Source: Nitrospirota bacterium (GTDB taxonomy: Bacteria; Nitrospirota; Thermodesulfovibrionia; Thermodesulfovibrionales; Dissulfurispiraceae). From it: 64,000 nucleotides of DNA. This document shows positions 48,888-59,818 of the stretch, piece after piece. The DNA is taken from assembly GCA_963710375.1 (NCBI GenBank), contig CAVPZX010000004.1, forward strand, positions 256,001 to 320,000, given 5' to 3'. The notes under the pieces were generated by a model, which worked only from the letters and a program-made list of their open reading frames with translations, did no database searches and was not told the DNA's origin. Every line of letters begins with the position of its first letter. Position 1 is the first letter of the stretch. The translations under genes were made by a program, and so were the position numbers.

Positions 48888-50270
48888 ATGGCACAACCTG
48901 GTAATTCATCAATAATTACGAAGGAAGCTAAACGGGCGATGGTTTCGCAATTTCTCGGGTTCGGACTGGACGCTTATGACATGGCTCTGGTAATAGTAAT
49001 GGCGCCTATTTTAACAAAGGTATTTGCCTCGCCGGGCCAGACAGGCGCCTGGCAATATTTGACCGTGGTCCTTTTTTACTCTATCACTATGGCTGCAAGG
49101 CCTATAGGTTCAGCTATCTTCGGTCATTATGCGGACAAGCTCGGCAGGCGCAACCTTCTTATATTTACCATAGCCGGAGTCGGCGTAATGTCCGTGCTGG
49201 GTGCATTAACTCCGACAAGAGATCAGGTCGGTGTTGGGACTGCTTTTCTGATATTCGGCCTCATCAGGTTGTGCATGGGCATCTTTTTCGGCGGGGAATA
49301 TGCCTGCGGCCATGCTTTCGCCATTGAACACGCGCCAAAGGCCAAGCGGGGCTTCATCGGCGGGTTCATTCAGTCGGGGTTTGCCCTTGGGTTTGCCATG
49401 GCATCCTTTGTAGTTTTGTTCTTTACCCTTGGGTTGGGAGAAACGGCGATGCAGGCTTATGGGTGGCGCATTGTGTTCGCTACCGGAGTGGTTCCGGTGT
49501 TAATAGCGCTCTGGATAAGGAAATCTCTGGTCGAGTCGCCAGAATTTGTGAGAGAACAGAAAGAGGGTAAAACAGAAAAAGCCCCCTTTGCAAGCCTCTT
49601 TAAAACTCCAACCGTCTGGGTATTTCTCCAGGTCTTTTTCTTCATGACAGGCCTCTTCCTGACCGATTACGCAATCTACCAGTTTATTCCCGGCATACTC
49701 AAAGGTAAAAACAAGTTCGGGATGGTGGACTATACTCAAATATACGGCACGGCTCTCTTATGTGCCGCCATTGGTTATAATGTTTACGGCTGGGCCTCCG
49801 ATAAACTGGGCCGGAAAAAGCTCACGCAATATTATTGCATTGTCATCGCTATCATGGGTATCCCGCTTTATCAGCTTATCATCAACGCTGCCGTCAGCAG
49901 AAATTTCGGGCTCGCTATTTTTGGAGCGATAATAGCCGGTATGTTCAAGATTCACTGGGGGGTACTGCCGGCTTATCTTTGCGAACGTTTCCCAACAAGA
50001 AACAGATCAGTAGGTGTAGGTTTCGGGTATTCTGCAGGCGCTCTTGTCGGCGGCGCAGGTATCACCCCGCTGGTTGCCTTATTCCACACGCTCCCGCCGA
50101 TAGCTGCCGTAGAGGGACCGGGCGAGCTTTGGTTGTCTGCATCGGTTGCATTGACGATAGGCGCAGCTATGACCTTTGTCAGCCTGCTTTTTAGTCCCGA
50201 GACAAAGAACCTTGAGTTGCACGAGGTTGGGGAAATAGTAGATAAGAAATTGAGTGAAGCGGCATCCTAG
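48888..50270 (+). CDS. MFS transporter (metabolite:H+ symporter-like)
   Basis: LDAYD, RPIGSAIFGHYADKLGRR, GGEY, ESPEF, SDKLGRK, PET. Confidence 0.9.
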   Translation: MAQPGNSSIITKEAKRAMVSQFLGFGLDAYDMALVIVMAPILTKVFASPGQTGAWQYLTVVLFYSITMAARPIGSAIFGHYADKLGRRNLLIFTIAGVGVMSVLGALTPTRDQVGVGTAFLIFGLIRLCMGIFFGGEYACGHAFAIEHAPKAKRGFIGGFIQSGFALGFAMASFVVLFFTLGLGETAMQAYGWRIVFATGVVPVLIALWIRKSLVESPEFVREQKEGKTEKAPFASLFKTPTVWVFLQVFFFMTGLFLTDYAIYQFIPGILKGKNKFGMVDYTQIYGTALLCAAIGYNVYGWASDKLGRKKLTQYYCIVIAIMGIPLYQLIINAAVSRNFGLAIFGAIIAGMFKIHWGVLPAYLCERFPTRNRSVGVGFGYSAGALVGGAGITPLVALFHTLPPIAAVEGPGELWLSASVALTIGAAMTFVSLLFSPETKNLELHEVGEIVDKKLSEAAS

Positions 50271-50306
50271 GCTTAGAGCCTGAAAGGAGCGTAAGAGGAA
50301 GATATT

Positions 50307-50768
50307 ATGGGACGGATAGCAAAAATTTCTGTGATAATGGCGGTATTGATATCCTTAATGGTGGCGTTTGCAAGCGTCAGTTTTGCCGACGACAAAGAAA
50401 TGGCTGTTGCGCTGGTTAAAAAAGCCGTGGCTTATTATAAGGCCAACGGCATGGATAAAGCACTCGATGAGTTCATGAAACCTGGCGGACAGTTCGTGCA
50501 AGGAGATCTTTATATTTTTGTCTATGATTTAAAAGGGACCATGCTGGCTCATCCAAATAGGGCGCTAGTAGGGCAAAATCTGATCGACAAACCTGATTCA
50601 AAAGGGAAAATGTTCCGTAAAGACATTATAGATATAGCAAAGACAGCGGGAAGCGGTTGGGTTGACTACGTATACACGAACCCGAAGACACTGGAAGACG
50701 AAGCCAAAACCACATATTTCGAGAAGATTGAGGATCTGGTGATTTGCTGCGGCATATATAAAAAATAA
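50307..50768 (+). CDS. Stand-alone single Cache domain protein with signal peptide
   Basis: GDLYIFVYD..GTMLAHP..LVGQN..D.KGK..GSGWVDY..NP..K. Confidence 0.85.
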   Translation: MGRIAKISVIMAVLISLMVAFASVSFADDKEMAVALVKKAVAYYKANGMDKALDEFMKPGGQFVQGDLYIFVYDLKGTMLAHPNRALVGQNLIDKPDSKGKMFRKDIIDIAKTAGSGWVDYVYTNPKTLEDEAKTTYFEKIEDLVICCGIYKK

Positions 50769-50924
50769 TCAGATTGTCTATTGTCAACATTAACCGCGGC
50801 CCAAAGCAAGCGCATAGCAGAGCGTGCTTTGGGCTGTGGTTCCTGGATGCACATTTTTCGAGTTCAGAATTTTTCCAACTCTCTGTCAACCTTGTAATTG
50901 GAAGGTGTGATATAATAATTGTCT

Positions 50925-51674
50925 ATGCAAATGTTGAATACCGGCGATCTTAATCCTGTTGTTGCTGAGCGGAGTGTTCCTTTTTTCAGCGATGTTCAGC
51001 TTAGATATCCTGATGCAATCCATTCTCTGCATATAGTGGGGAGCGCGGTCACACCTGATTTCAGGGAGAAAGGTTCGGTCATACATTCCGTTATTATTGT
51101 TCATAAGATTGATTTTGGTTTTATCCAGTTCATTGCTTCGCTCGGTAAAAAATACGGGAAGAAAGGGATTGCTGCTCCCCTGATCATGACTCCGCAGTAT
51201 ATCCGCGATTCTCTCGATGTTTTCCCCATAGAATTTCATGATTTCCAGCTTATCCACAAGACTGTTGCAGGAGAGGACATATTTAAGGATATGGTAATAA
51301 ACAAGTCCTTTCTGAAACTTCAGTGTGAGCGTGAAGTGAAAGTCAGGCTTATCGGATTACGGCAGAGCTATCTGACCTGTCTAGGCGACAAGCAGAGCCT
51401 TGCAGAAATTCTTTCGCATTCTGTTGTAGGCTTCATGCCGCTCATCAGGGGGGTGCTTTTTATATTTGATAAAGAGCCGCCGGTTAAAAGACATGATGCA
51501 ATCAGAGTGTTTCAGGAGTTGCTCTCGATAGATGCCAGCGTCTTAGAGCGGCTCCTGCAGTTGCGGGCCGGGCTTATAAAACCTTCAAAGGAAGAGCTGC
51601 ACCATATTTTCGAGAATTACCATACGGTACTCGAAAAGGTGGAGGCTTTTATTGATGCAATCACGGTTCCGTAA
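50925..51674 (+). CDS. Hypothetical nucleotidyltransferase-like protein of the lemA cluster
   Basis: IVGSAVTPDF, SLDVFPIEF, LQCERE; stop codon lies inside a MITE. Confidence 0.7.
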   Translation: MQMLNTGDLNPVVAERSVPFFSDVQLRYPDAIHSLHIVGSAVTPDFREKGSVIHSVIIVHKIDFGFIQFIASLGKKYGKKGIAAPLIMTPQYIRDSLDVFPIEFHDFQLIHKTVAGEDIFKDMVINKSFLKLQCEREVKVRLIGLRQSYLTCLGDKQSLAEILSHSVVGFMPLIRGVLFIFDKEPPVKRHDAIRVFQELLSIDASVLERLLQLRAGLIKPSKEELHHIFENYHTVLEKVEAFIDAITVP

Positions 51675-51821
51675 AAAGTTCATATGCTGCGTTGCGCTGC
51701 ACCCTTCGTCACTCGCACCCCAAAAGACTGTGGCTTTTGGGGACCCCGTGCGGCGTACGAAAAGGTACGCCTCATTCCTCATGGTTTGCGCGCCTTGTCT
51801 ATGAACTTTTTACGAAACCGT
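51663..51821. mobile_element. 159-bp MITE-like element, family A, copy 2
   Basis: TIRs acggttccgtaaaaagttcata / tatgaactttttacgaaaccgt; homologous to 4224-4382. Confidence 0.85.
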
Positions 51822-52589
51822 CTATCTCTTGCTTTATTTTTTCTTATCTGGACGGCGCTCTCACTTGCTGTGGCCTTGCTGCCGTCCTTTGCGTCGGTCC
51901 CGGAAATTCCTGCTGTTCCGTCTCAGTATGTGGTGGACCTTGCGGGGATTGTTGACGACGCAACGAAAACCCAGCTGAATAGCTCACTTCGGCAACTCGA
52001 AGAAAAAACAACCTCACAGATGGTTATTCTGACTGTCCCGAGCCTTAACGGAGAGAGTCTCGAAGATCTTTCTTTAAGGACTGCCGAAAAATGGAAGCTT
52101 GGGCAGAAGGGAAAAGACAATGGTGTCCTGCTTATAATTTCCCTGCAGGAAAGAAAATACCGTTTTGAGATAGGATACGGCCTTGAACGAATTTTGCCCG
52201 ACAGTTTGGTGGGATCGATCGGCAGGTCATATCTTGTTCCCAATTTCAGGAATGGCGATTACAGTAAAGGTATCTCTGACACTGCTTTTGCCGTAATCAA
52301 TACTATTGCAGCAGCCGAAGGGGTTACCCTGACCGGTCCCCCCGTCCCTGAAAGAAACTACGTCAAGCAGCATAAGATCGGCTTGCTTCATAAACTCGTG
52401 CTTCTCTTTTTTCTCATTGCGGCGGCTATACTTTTCATTAGACACCCCGGATTATTTCTGCTGTTATTTTTATCTTCCGGCAGAGGTGGATGGTCAGGCG
52501 GCGGCGGTTTCGGCGGTGGCGATTCGGGAGGCTTTGGAGGCGGAGGCGGCGGTGGTTTCGGAGGTGGCGGCGCATCGGGTGACTGGTGA
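51801..52589 (+). CDS. TPM-domain (YgcG-like) protein with Gly-rich tail
   Basis: YVVDLAG, WKLGQKGKDNGVL, EIGYGLE, GGGFGGGGASGDW; probable ATG at 51801 inside the MITE. Confidence 0.88.
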   Translation: MNFLRNRLSLALFFLIWTALSLAVALLPSFASVPEIPAVPSQYVVDLAGIVDDATKTQLNSSLRQLEEKTTSQMVILTVPSLNGESLEDLSLRTAEKWKLGQKGKDNGVLLIISLQERKYRFEIGYGLERILPDSLVGSIGRSYLVPNFRNGDYSKGISDTAFAVINTIAAAEGVTLTGPPVPERNYVKQHKIGLLHKLVLLFFLIAAAILFIRHPGLFLLLFLSSGRGGWSGGGGFGGGDSGGFGGGGGGGFGGGGASGDW

Positions 52590-52600
52590 AACATAATAAA

Positions 52601-52679
52601 TAGTAGGCAGTAAGCAGTAGGCAGAAAAAATGTAATCTTTTGACTTTGGTGCTTACTGCTTAGTGCCTACTGCATACTA
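52601..52679. repeat. Inverted repeat built from heptamer units (AGTAGGC)
   Basis: tagtaggcagtaagcagtaggcag versus gtgcttactgcttagtgcctactgcatacta. Confidence 0.78.
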
Positions 52680-52702
52680 ATTTATTTTAAAAAGGAGCTT
52701 GT

Positions 52703-53278
52703 ATGAATAATTCATTAAAGGTTGCACTTATTATTGTTGGGGCAATAGTAGTTATCGGCGTTATAACCATAGGCTGGGGCATAGGCCAGTATAACAGGGT
52801 CATCTCCATGGACGAGCAGGTGAAAGCCCAGTGGGCACAGGTTGACAACCAATTGAAGCGGCGGTATGATCTTATCCCAAACCTGGTCGAGACAGTGAAG
52901 GGCTATGCGACCCATGAACGGGAGGTATTCGAAAATATCGCCCAGGCGAGGACGCAGTATTTTCAGGCAAAGACCCCGGCGGACAAGATCCAAGCCTCGC
53001 AGCAAATCGAAGGAGCGCTTTCCAGGCTTCTTATGCTCAAGGAGGCTTTCCCTCAGTTGAAGGCCAATGAATCTTTTTTGAAATTGCAGGACAGCCTCGA
53101 AGGTACGGAAAACCGCATCTCCGTAGAGAGGAAACGGTATAATGATGCAGTACAAATGCTGAACAGCTACCGAAGGAGTTTTGCAGGGAGATTTATTTCG
53201 GCAATAGCCGGAGTCGGAGAGGCAAAATATTTTGAGACCCCGACTACGGAGCGTGAGGCGCCGAAAGTAAAATTCTGA
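52703..53278 (+). CDS. lemA: LemA family protein
   Basis: [44 protein letters not shown]. Confidence 0.95.
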   Translation: MNNSLKVALIIVGAIVVIGVITIGWGIGQYNRVISMDEQVKAQWAQVDNQLKRRYDLIPNLVETVKGYATHEREVFENIAQARTQYFQAKTPADKIQASQQIEGALSRLLMLKEAFPQLKANESFLKLQDSLEGTENRISVERKRYNDAVQMLNSYRRSFAGRFISAIAGVGEAKYFETPTTEREAPKVKF

Positions 53279-55713
53279 TGGATGTTAAAAATAAGATAGA
53301 CCTGCCAGTCACAGGCATGACCTGTGCTGCCTGCAGCTCCGCAGTGGAAAAGGGTTTGCAGCGCATAAAGGGTGTAAAAAATGCTGCTGTAAATTTCTCT
53401 GCAGAAAAAGCCACCATTGAATTCTCCGACCCTAAGAAACCACTCCCCTTGTCGATCATAATCGAAACTGTCAAGGGAGAGGGGTATGGTGTTGCGTCGG
53501 TAAGGATGGATTTTGCAGTGAGGGGAATGACCTGTGCTGCTTGTGTAGGTGCTGTTGAACGGGCACTGAAGGAACTGTACGGTGTGTTGAATGTATCAGT
53601 CAACCTCGCGGCCGAAAAGGCTTCTGTTGAATATATACCTACCATTGTTGGGTTCGAGGATTTTAAGCGGACCATTAAAGAGGCGGGATACGACGCGGAA
53701 CAACCTGGCAATGACTTTGTTGACAACGAGCGTGTGCGAAGGGAAAAGGAATACAGGGAGTTGCGCAAGCAGTTCATCATCAGTGCTGCTCTTAGCATCG
53801 CCGTTTTCATGGGCAATATGCTCTCTATCCCGGTGCTCTCTAATTGGTATGTCCTGTTTATGCTGGCAACGCCCGTCCAGTTTTGGTGCGGCATCCGTTT
53901 CCACCGTGCAGCCATCTCCGCCCTCAGACACGGAACTACGAATATGAATACGCTTATTAGCTTGGGGACTAATGCCGCCTATATATACAGTACGGCAGCA
54001 GTATTTGCGCCTGGGTTGTTTTTTGCCGGCGGCATTGCTCCGCAGGTTTATTTCGATACCTCTGCTGCTATTATCACTTTAATTCTACTGGGCAGGCTGC
54101 TGGAGGCTCGTGCAAAAGGGAAGACTTCGGAATCCATAAGGAAATTAATGGGGCTTCAGGCAAAGACAGCTACTGTTGTTCGTGACGGAAATGAGCTTGA
54201 CGTCATGATTGAAGAGGTTGTAGTGGGAGATATAGTGGTAGTAAAACCGGGTGGAAGGATACCTGTGGACGGGATCGTGGTAAGCGGGTATTCGACAGTC
54301 GATGAATCCATGCTTACAGGGGAAAGCCTGCCTGTTGAGAAAAGCGAGGGAGATACCTTATTCAACGGTACGGTGAACAAGACCGGCAGCTTCAGGCTGC
54401 AGGCACTTAAGATCGGCAGGGACACAGCTCTTGCCCAGATTGTAAGGCTAGTGGAGGCTGCGCAGGGAAGCAAGGCGCCAATCCAGCGGCTTGCTGATAA
54501 AATAGCTTCGGTTTTTGTCCCTATAGTGATCGGTATAGCTGTGCTTACTTTTGCCATATGGTTTATTGAGGGGCCGAGGCCGTCTTTTGCCCTCGCCCTG
54601 ATGAATTTCATAGCGGTGCTGATCATCGCCTGTCCCTGTTCTTTGGGGCTCGCTACGCCTACGGCAATCATGGTCGGGACCGGCAAAGGGGCTGAAAATG
54701 GAATTCTGATAAGGGATGCCGAGTCACTGGAATTGGCGCACAAGATCGGAGTGGTGGTGCTGGATAAGACCGGAACCATAACGAAAGGGGAGCCCGAAGT
54801 GACGGATATCGCTCCTGCAAACGGCATTGCGCCGGACTCAGTACTCAAGATTGCCGCAGCTGCTGAAAAATTATCTGAACATCCTCTCGGCAAGGCAATA
54901 ATGAAGAAGGCGGCTGAAAAGGGGATGGATATTGCCGACCCACTGGATTTCACGGCAATGCCCGGCGGCGGGATTAAAGCAAAAGTCAGGGTTGACGGAG
55001 GAGAGGCCGAGGTGTTTATCGGTAATGAGAGGATGCTCCGGAGTGAGGGTTTCGACTTAAGTCCTGTTATCAGTAGCTCCAGCCTTGCGGCATCCCGGGG
55101 CAGTACCCCGGTTTTTGTCGCTTCTGATAAGAAAATCATTGGCGTGCTCTCGATTGCGGATACTATAAAGGAAGGGTCGCGGGAGGCGATAAAAGAGTTG
55201 TACTCTATGGGCATAGAGGTTATAATGATTACTGGAGATCATATGAGCACTGCTGAAGCCATAGCAAAAGAGGTTGGCATCGATACATTTTTTGCCGACG
55301 TGCTGCCCGAACAGAAAGTAGATATCGTAAAAAAGATAAAATCCCGGGGCAAGGTGACCGCGATGGTAGGAGATGGGATCAACGATGCACCTGCCCTGGC
55401 TGAGGCTGACGTCGGTATTGCGATAGGCACCGGCACTGATATTGCGATTGAGGCCTCCGGGCTGACGCTCATTAAGGGACACCTGAAAAGCGTAGCGGAT
55501 GCCATAAGGTTGAGCAGACTTACTATAAGGACTATAAAGCAGAATCTTTTCTGGGCTTTTTTTTATAATGCTATAGGGATTCCCATTGCCGCAGGGGTGC
55601 TTTACCCGTTTGGAGGCCCACTGCTTAATCCTATGTTCGCATCTGCAGCGATGGCGTTCAGTTCCGTTTCTGTAGTCAGCAACTCTTTGAGGTTACGGGG
55701 AAAAAAGCTATAA
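53278..55713 (+). CDS. copA: Copper-translocating P1B-type ATPase
   Basis: Two GMTCAAC HMA domains, [31 protein letters not shown]. Confidence 0.95.
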   Translation: MDVKNKIDLPVTGMTCAACSSAVEKGLQRIKGVKNAAVNFSAEKATIEFSDPKKPLPLSIIIETVKGEGYGVASVRMDFAVRGMTCAACVGAVERALKELYGVLNVSVNLAAEKASVEYIPTIVGFEDFKRTIKEAGYDAEQPGNDFVDNERVRREKEYRELRKQFIISAALSIAVFMGNMLSIPVLSNWYVLFMLATPVQFWCGIRFHRAAISALRHGTTNMNTLISLGTNAAYIYSTAAVFAPGLFFAGGIAPQVYFDTSAAIITLILLGRLLEARAKGKTSESIRKLMGLQAKTATVVRDGNELDVMIEEVVVGDIVVVKPGGRIPVDGIVVSGYSTVDESMLTGESLPVEKSEGDTLFNGTVNKTGSFRLQALKIGRDTALAQIVRLVEAAQGSKAPIQRLADKIASVFVPIVIGIAVLTFAIWFIEGPRPSFALALMNFIAVLIIACPCSLGLATPTAIMVGTGKGAENGILIRDAESLELAHKIGVVVLDKTGTITKGEPEVTDIAPANGIAPDSVLKIAAAAEKLSEHPLGKAIMKKAAEKGMDIADPLDFTAMPGGGIKAKVRVDGGEAEVFIGNERMLRSEGFDLSPVISSSSLAASRGSTPVFVASDKKIIGVLSIADTIKEGSREAIKELYSMGIEVIMITGDHMSTAEAIAKEVGIDTFFADVLPEQKVDIVKKIKSRGKVTAMVGDGINDAPALAEADVGIAIGTGTDIAIEASGLTLIKGHLKSVADAIRLSRLTIRTIKQNLFWAFFYNAIGIPIAAGVLYPFGGPLLNPMFASAAMAFSSVSVVSNSLRLRGKKL

Positions 55714-55731
55714 GGTTTTTGTGGAGGAGTA

Positions 55732-56850
55732 ATGCAAAGGTCAGTATATGTTGTTGATGATGTATCTATAAATCTGGAGCTTGTGGAGTCTGTTTTCAGA
55801 AATGACCCAGGTCTTTTAATCAGAAAGGCTGAGAACGGAAAAGAACTTATGAACTGCATCGAAGCATACGGCATTCCCGATCTCCTCATCCTCGATCTCA
55901 TGATGCCTGTCATGGACGGCTTTGATGTGCTTGAAAACCTGAAGCAGGGCAGGGAGTCAAACTACTTCCCCATTATAGTGCTCTCGGCGCTGACTGATAA
56001 ACAGAGTATTGTCAGGGCCCTGTCCATGGGTGCTGACGACTATGTGACAAAGCCGTTCTTTGTCGAGGAACTCAAAGCCCGTGTCGGCAATATGCTGAAA
56101 CTGAAGGAGCGGGATGAATATTTGAATACGTCGCTTGATGTGATGGAAACGAATCTGATCGAGAAGCTGCAGATTATCGAGCAGACCCAGGTTGAAGTCA
56201 TTATCCGCTTGGGTAAAGCGGCTGAGTTCAGGGATGATGAAACAGGGAAACACATTGAGCGCATTGCTGCATATGTTAACTTAATAACCGAAAAACTGGG
56301 TATGAACCGCGAGCAGCGTATAATGATGCAGTATGCCGCTCCCATGCACGACGTCGGCAAGATAGGCATTCCGGACGGGGTGCTTATGAAGGCCGGCAAG
56401 CTCACCGAAGATGAATTTAAAATAATAAAACTTCATACGGTTATAGGCAGCAGAATTTTAAGCGGCACGACCCTTCCCTTGCTGGAGCTTGCCAAGGAGA
56501 TAGCCATTTCGCATCATGAGAGGTGGGACGGCGGAGGCTATCCTCTGGGTCTCAAAGGGAGTGATATACCGATATCGGGCAGGATAGTTGCCATTACGGA
56601 TGTTTTTGATGCGATTACTTCCAAAAGAGTGTACAAAGAGGCATGGCCTATAGAACAGGCATTGGAATATTTAAAGAGCATGAGGGGTACACAGTTTGAT
56701 CCCGATATCGTCGATGCCTTTTTTGCAATAGAAGACCAAATGACGAATGTCAGGCAGGCAAAAGGCGATGCACCTGAATCTAAACCGATAATTCTTCAAC
56801 TTATGGATGGCGATATCAGCTTTGACAAGCTGGTTGAGCAGTGGAGATAG
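55732..56850 (+). CDS. Response regulator with HD-GYP c-di-GMP phosphodiesterase domain (RpfG-like)
   Basis: REC (LDLMMP) plus HDVGKIG, HHERWDGGGYP, DVFDA. Confidence 0.92.
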   Translation: MQRSVYVVDDVSINLELVESVFRNDPGLLIRKAENGKELMNCIEAYGIPDLLILDLMMPVMDGFDVLENLKQGRESNYFPIIVLSALTDKQSIVRALSMGADDYVTKPFFVEELKARVGNMLKLKERDEYLNTSLDVMETNLIEKLQIIEQTQVEVIIRLGKAAEFRDDETGKHIERIAAYVNLITEKLGMNREQRIMMQYAAPMHDVGKIGIPDGVLMKAGKLTEDEFKIIKLHTVIGSRILSGTTLPLLELAKEIAISHHERWDGGGYPLGLKGSDIPISGRIVAITDVFDAITSKRVYKEAWPIEQALEYLKSMRGTQFDPDIVDAFFAIEDQMTNVRQAKGDAPESKPIILQLMDGDISFDKLVEQWR

Positions 56851-58514
56851 AGATAAACACAGAGAATTCCCTCCTTGTTGTCCCGCTGGGCGGTGTTGAA
56901 GAGATTGGCCTCAACATGACGGTTTTTCAGTATGCCGGCGATCTTATAATCGTGGACGCCGGTCTTATGTTCCCCGAAGAGGACATGTTGGGCGTGGACT
57001 TCGTCATCCCCGATTTTTCTTATATTATTGAGAACAGGGAAAAATTAAAGGGGATAATCCTTACCCACGGGCATGAAGATCACACCGGTGCATTGCCTTT
57101 TCTTCTGAGAGAATTAGATGTCCCCGTATATGGGACTGCGCTTACACTTGCGCTGGTGCGGGAAAAGCTGAGGGAACATGAACTGGATGACGTTCTGCTA
57201 ATGCCTGTAAGGCCGCGAGATATTATCACGCTCGGTTGTTTTTCCATCGAATTTATTAGGGTCACTCACAGTATCGTGGATGGGGTTGGCCTGGCAATAA
57301 AAACTCCTGTGGGAACTATTATACATACAGGTGATTTCAAGCTCGATCCCACACCCGTAGACGGGGAATTGATGGATTTCCTCCGGTTTTCAGAATACGG
57401 CGAGAAAGGAACGATGCTCTTGCTTTCTGACAGCACCAATGCTGAAAAGGGTGGGTTCACTTTTTCTGAAAGAGAAGTAAGCAGGGCCTTTGAAGACATT
57501 TTTTCGAAAGTTAATGGAAGAATTATTATCGCCACGTTTGCATCGAACATCCATAGGATCCAGCAGGCCATAAATGTTGCGGTCCAGTACGGCAGGAAGG
57601 TGATCATGTGCGGTAAAAGCATTGTTTCAAACGCACAGATAGCCCTTGATCTCGGCTATTTGAAGATGCCGGGCGATACGTGGGTCAAGCTGGAAGACCT
57701 GAAGGACCTTGCCGACGCCGAGGTGGTGATCATCACTACCGGCAGCCAGGGCGAGCCCATGAGCGTACTGTCACGCATTGCCATGGATGAGCACAAGCAC
57801 ATCAAGGTTAAGGAAGGCGATACGGTCATTCTCTCGGCCAAGATAATTCCCGGCAACGAGCGCTCCATAGGAAAGATCATAAACCACCTTATGCGGAGGG
57901 GTGCGGATGTCAAGTATGAGAAAGTGTCTGAGATACATGTTTCCGGGCACGCGTCAAAGGAAGAGCTTAAACTGATGATGAACCTTGTGCGGCCGAAGTA
58001 TTTCATCCCCATTCATGGTGAATACCGTCACCTTAAATATCATGCGCGGCTGGCTGAAAAGTCAGGGATACCCAAGGACAACGTATTTATTTTAGGCGAT
58101 GGTGAGGTGTTTGAAATAAATGAGTCCGGGGCCGCTAAAGCAGGGAAAGTGAACTCAGGGAGGATTTTTATCGACGGCAAGGGAACATACGGAGTTGAAG
58201 ACATAGTGCTCAGAGACAGAAGGACGCTGGCCCACGACGGCGTAGTGATCGTTCTTGTAGGCATTGAAAAGCTCACAAAGAAAATCGTCTCGGGTCCCGA
58301 TATTATATCCAGAGGGTTTGTTTTTGAGGACGCATCACAAGAGATTATCAATGAAGTCCGGGACCTTATGGCTGCGACTCTTTCCGGACTTCAGGATGAC
58401 ATTATTTCTGATGTGTCTCTGATACAGTCGAAACTTCGTTCGACTCTTAAGAAGTATCTCAGAAATACCATGGACAGGCGTCCGATGATTATGCCGGTCA
58501 TCATGGAGGTATAA
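56841..58514 (+). CDS. rnj: Ribonuclease J
   Basis: PLGGVEEIGLN, THGHEDH, HTGDFK, FASNIHR, TGSQGEP, HVSGH. Confidence 0.96.
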   Translation: MEIEINTENSLLVVPLGGVEEIGLNMTVFQYAGDLIIVDAGLMFPEEDMLGVDFVIPDFSYIIENREKLKGIILTHGHEDHTGALPFLLRELDVPVYGTALTLALVREKLREHELDDVLLMPVRPRDIITLGCFSIEFIRVTHSIVDGVGLAIKTPVGTIIHTGDFKLDPTPVDGELMDFLRFSEYGEKGTMLLLSDSTNAEKGGFTFSEREVSRAFEDIFSKVNGRIIIATFASNIHRIQQAINVAVQYGRKVIMCGKSIVSNAQIALDLGYLKMPGDTWVKLEDLKDLADAEVVIITTGSQGEPMSVLSRIAMDEHKHIKVKEGDTVILSAKIIPGNERSIGKIINHLMRRGADVKYEKVSEIHVSGHASKEELKLMMNLVRPKYFIPIHGEYRHLKYHARLAEKSGIPKDNVFILGDGEVFEINESGAAKAGKVNSGRIFIDGKGTYGVEDIVLRDRRTLAHDGVVIVLVGIEKLTKKIVSGPDIISRGFVFEDASQEIINEVRDLMAATLSGLQDDIISDVSLIQSKLRSTLKKYLRNTMDRRPMIMPVIMEV

Positions 58515-58573
58515 TGAATATATTTATATGCCTATTTGATAGAAAACATAGGGGGAATTTGATATAGTACCTT

Positions 58574-59818
58574 ATGGTTGCGGGAACGTTTGAAACGCTT
58601 ATCTATAAAGTCGTGGGAGCACTGTCCGGCGGCTGGACAACTTTTGATGAAAGACTTCAGCATGTAGTCGGCATTCTTGCAAGATATTTCGGTGTCGAAA
58701 AGTGTTCCGTCATGGTGATTAATCAGGGAGCTATGGCGCTGGAGGTAAGGGCGGCTACTAACACCGCCATTATCGGCAAGCAAAGACAGCTTTGTGATGT
58801 CACCGTCGCAACCATGTCGCTGCTCGATGATGCTCCTGTATCTTCGAATAAGGAAAAACTCTCCTGTTTCCTGCCGATGAACTCAACCAGGTACGCTTCT
58901 TCCAATTCATTGAGCGTTCCGATCAAGTATTATGAAAAAAAGGTCGGAGTGCTCAATCTTACTGATAAAAAAAATAACAAACCGCTGACAGCTAAACAGG
59001 TGAAAGAGGCGGTCAAGATAACCGATTACATTGCTGTCTATCTGTATGCCTCGCAAGCCGATGACCTTCTTGAAAAGAAAGTAATAACTTGCGAGGATGC
59101 GCTGGCGCAGGTCAAAAAAGCTGACGAGATGAAGACGAGTCTGACCAGCTTTATCGTGCATGACCTGAAGGGACCCATAAGCACCATTATGGCCAACCTT
59201 GACATGTTGAGTTATGAGCCGCTCACTGCAGAGCAGCTTGGGCTGGCAAACCTTGCGCTGAACGATGTGTATAAAATGCAGCGCATGGTCATGAATATCC
59301 TTGATGTCCAGAAAATGGAAGAAGGCAAGATAAATATTTACAGGGATGAAACCGACCTCTCCGAACTGGCACAGCGTGAAATCATGTCGTTCAAGAGCCT
59401 GCTTGCCATGAGGGGCATAAGTGCGGTGTTTGACGGCGAACCACGCGTATTGTTTATCGATGAAGACCTTATCGGCAGGACGATTTCGAATCTCCTGAAC
59501 AACGCTGTCGAGCATTCCCCTGACGATAAACAGATAACGGTGAAGATTCGTTATGATGCTGACAGGAAAGAGGCTGCAGTTAGTGTTGCAGATGAGGGTA
59601 CCGGCATCCCTGATCAGTTCAAGGAAAAGATTTTCGAGAAATTCTTCCAGATAGAGGCCGGCAAGACGTACCACAAGACGACGACAGGTTTGGGGCTGAC
59701 ATTCTGCAAGCTCGTGATCGAAGCGCACGGTGGGCGCTTGTGGGTTGAGGACAACGAGGGCGGAGGGACGCGTTTTATTTTCACCCTCCCTGAAACAATT
59801 AAAGAGGTTATGGGCTGA
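58574..59818 (+). CDS. GAF-domain sensor histidine kinase
   Basis: VGVLNL (GAF), VHDLKGP, NLLNNA, DEGTGI, GLGL. Confidence 0.9.
   Translation: MVAGTFETLIYKVVGALSGGWTTFDERLQHVVGILARYFGVEKCSVMVINQGAMALEVRAATNTAIIGKQRQLCDVTVATMSLLDDAPVSSNKEKLSCFLPMNSTRYASSNSLSVPIKYYEKKVGVLNLTDKKNNKPLTAKQVKEAVKITDYIAVYLYASQADDLLEKKVITCEDALAQVKKADEMKTSLTSFIVHDLKGPISTIMANLDMLSYEPLTAEQLGLANLALNDVYKMQRMVMNILDVQKMEEGKINIYRDETDLSELAQREIMSFKSLLAMRGISAVFDGEPRVLFIDEDLIGRTISNLLNNAVEHSPDDKQITVKIRYDADRKEAAVSVADEGTGIPDQFKEKIFEKFFQIEAGKTYHKTTTGLGLTFCKLVIEAHGGRLWVEDNEGGGTRFIFTLPETIKEVMG

Noticed and set aside
50786..50842. Long hairpin after the Cache gene as an integron attC site
   Set aside because: No matching RYYYAAC/GTTRRRY pair, no cassette array or integrase; more likely a terminator or stabiliser
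51684..51800. N-terminal extension of the TPM ORF
   Set aside because: It is read-through of MITE family A sequence, nearly identical to non-coding copy 1
52480..52589. GGC-rich repeat
   Set aside because: It encodes the normal Gly-rich tail of TPM/YgcG proteins
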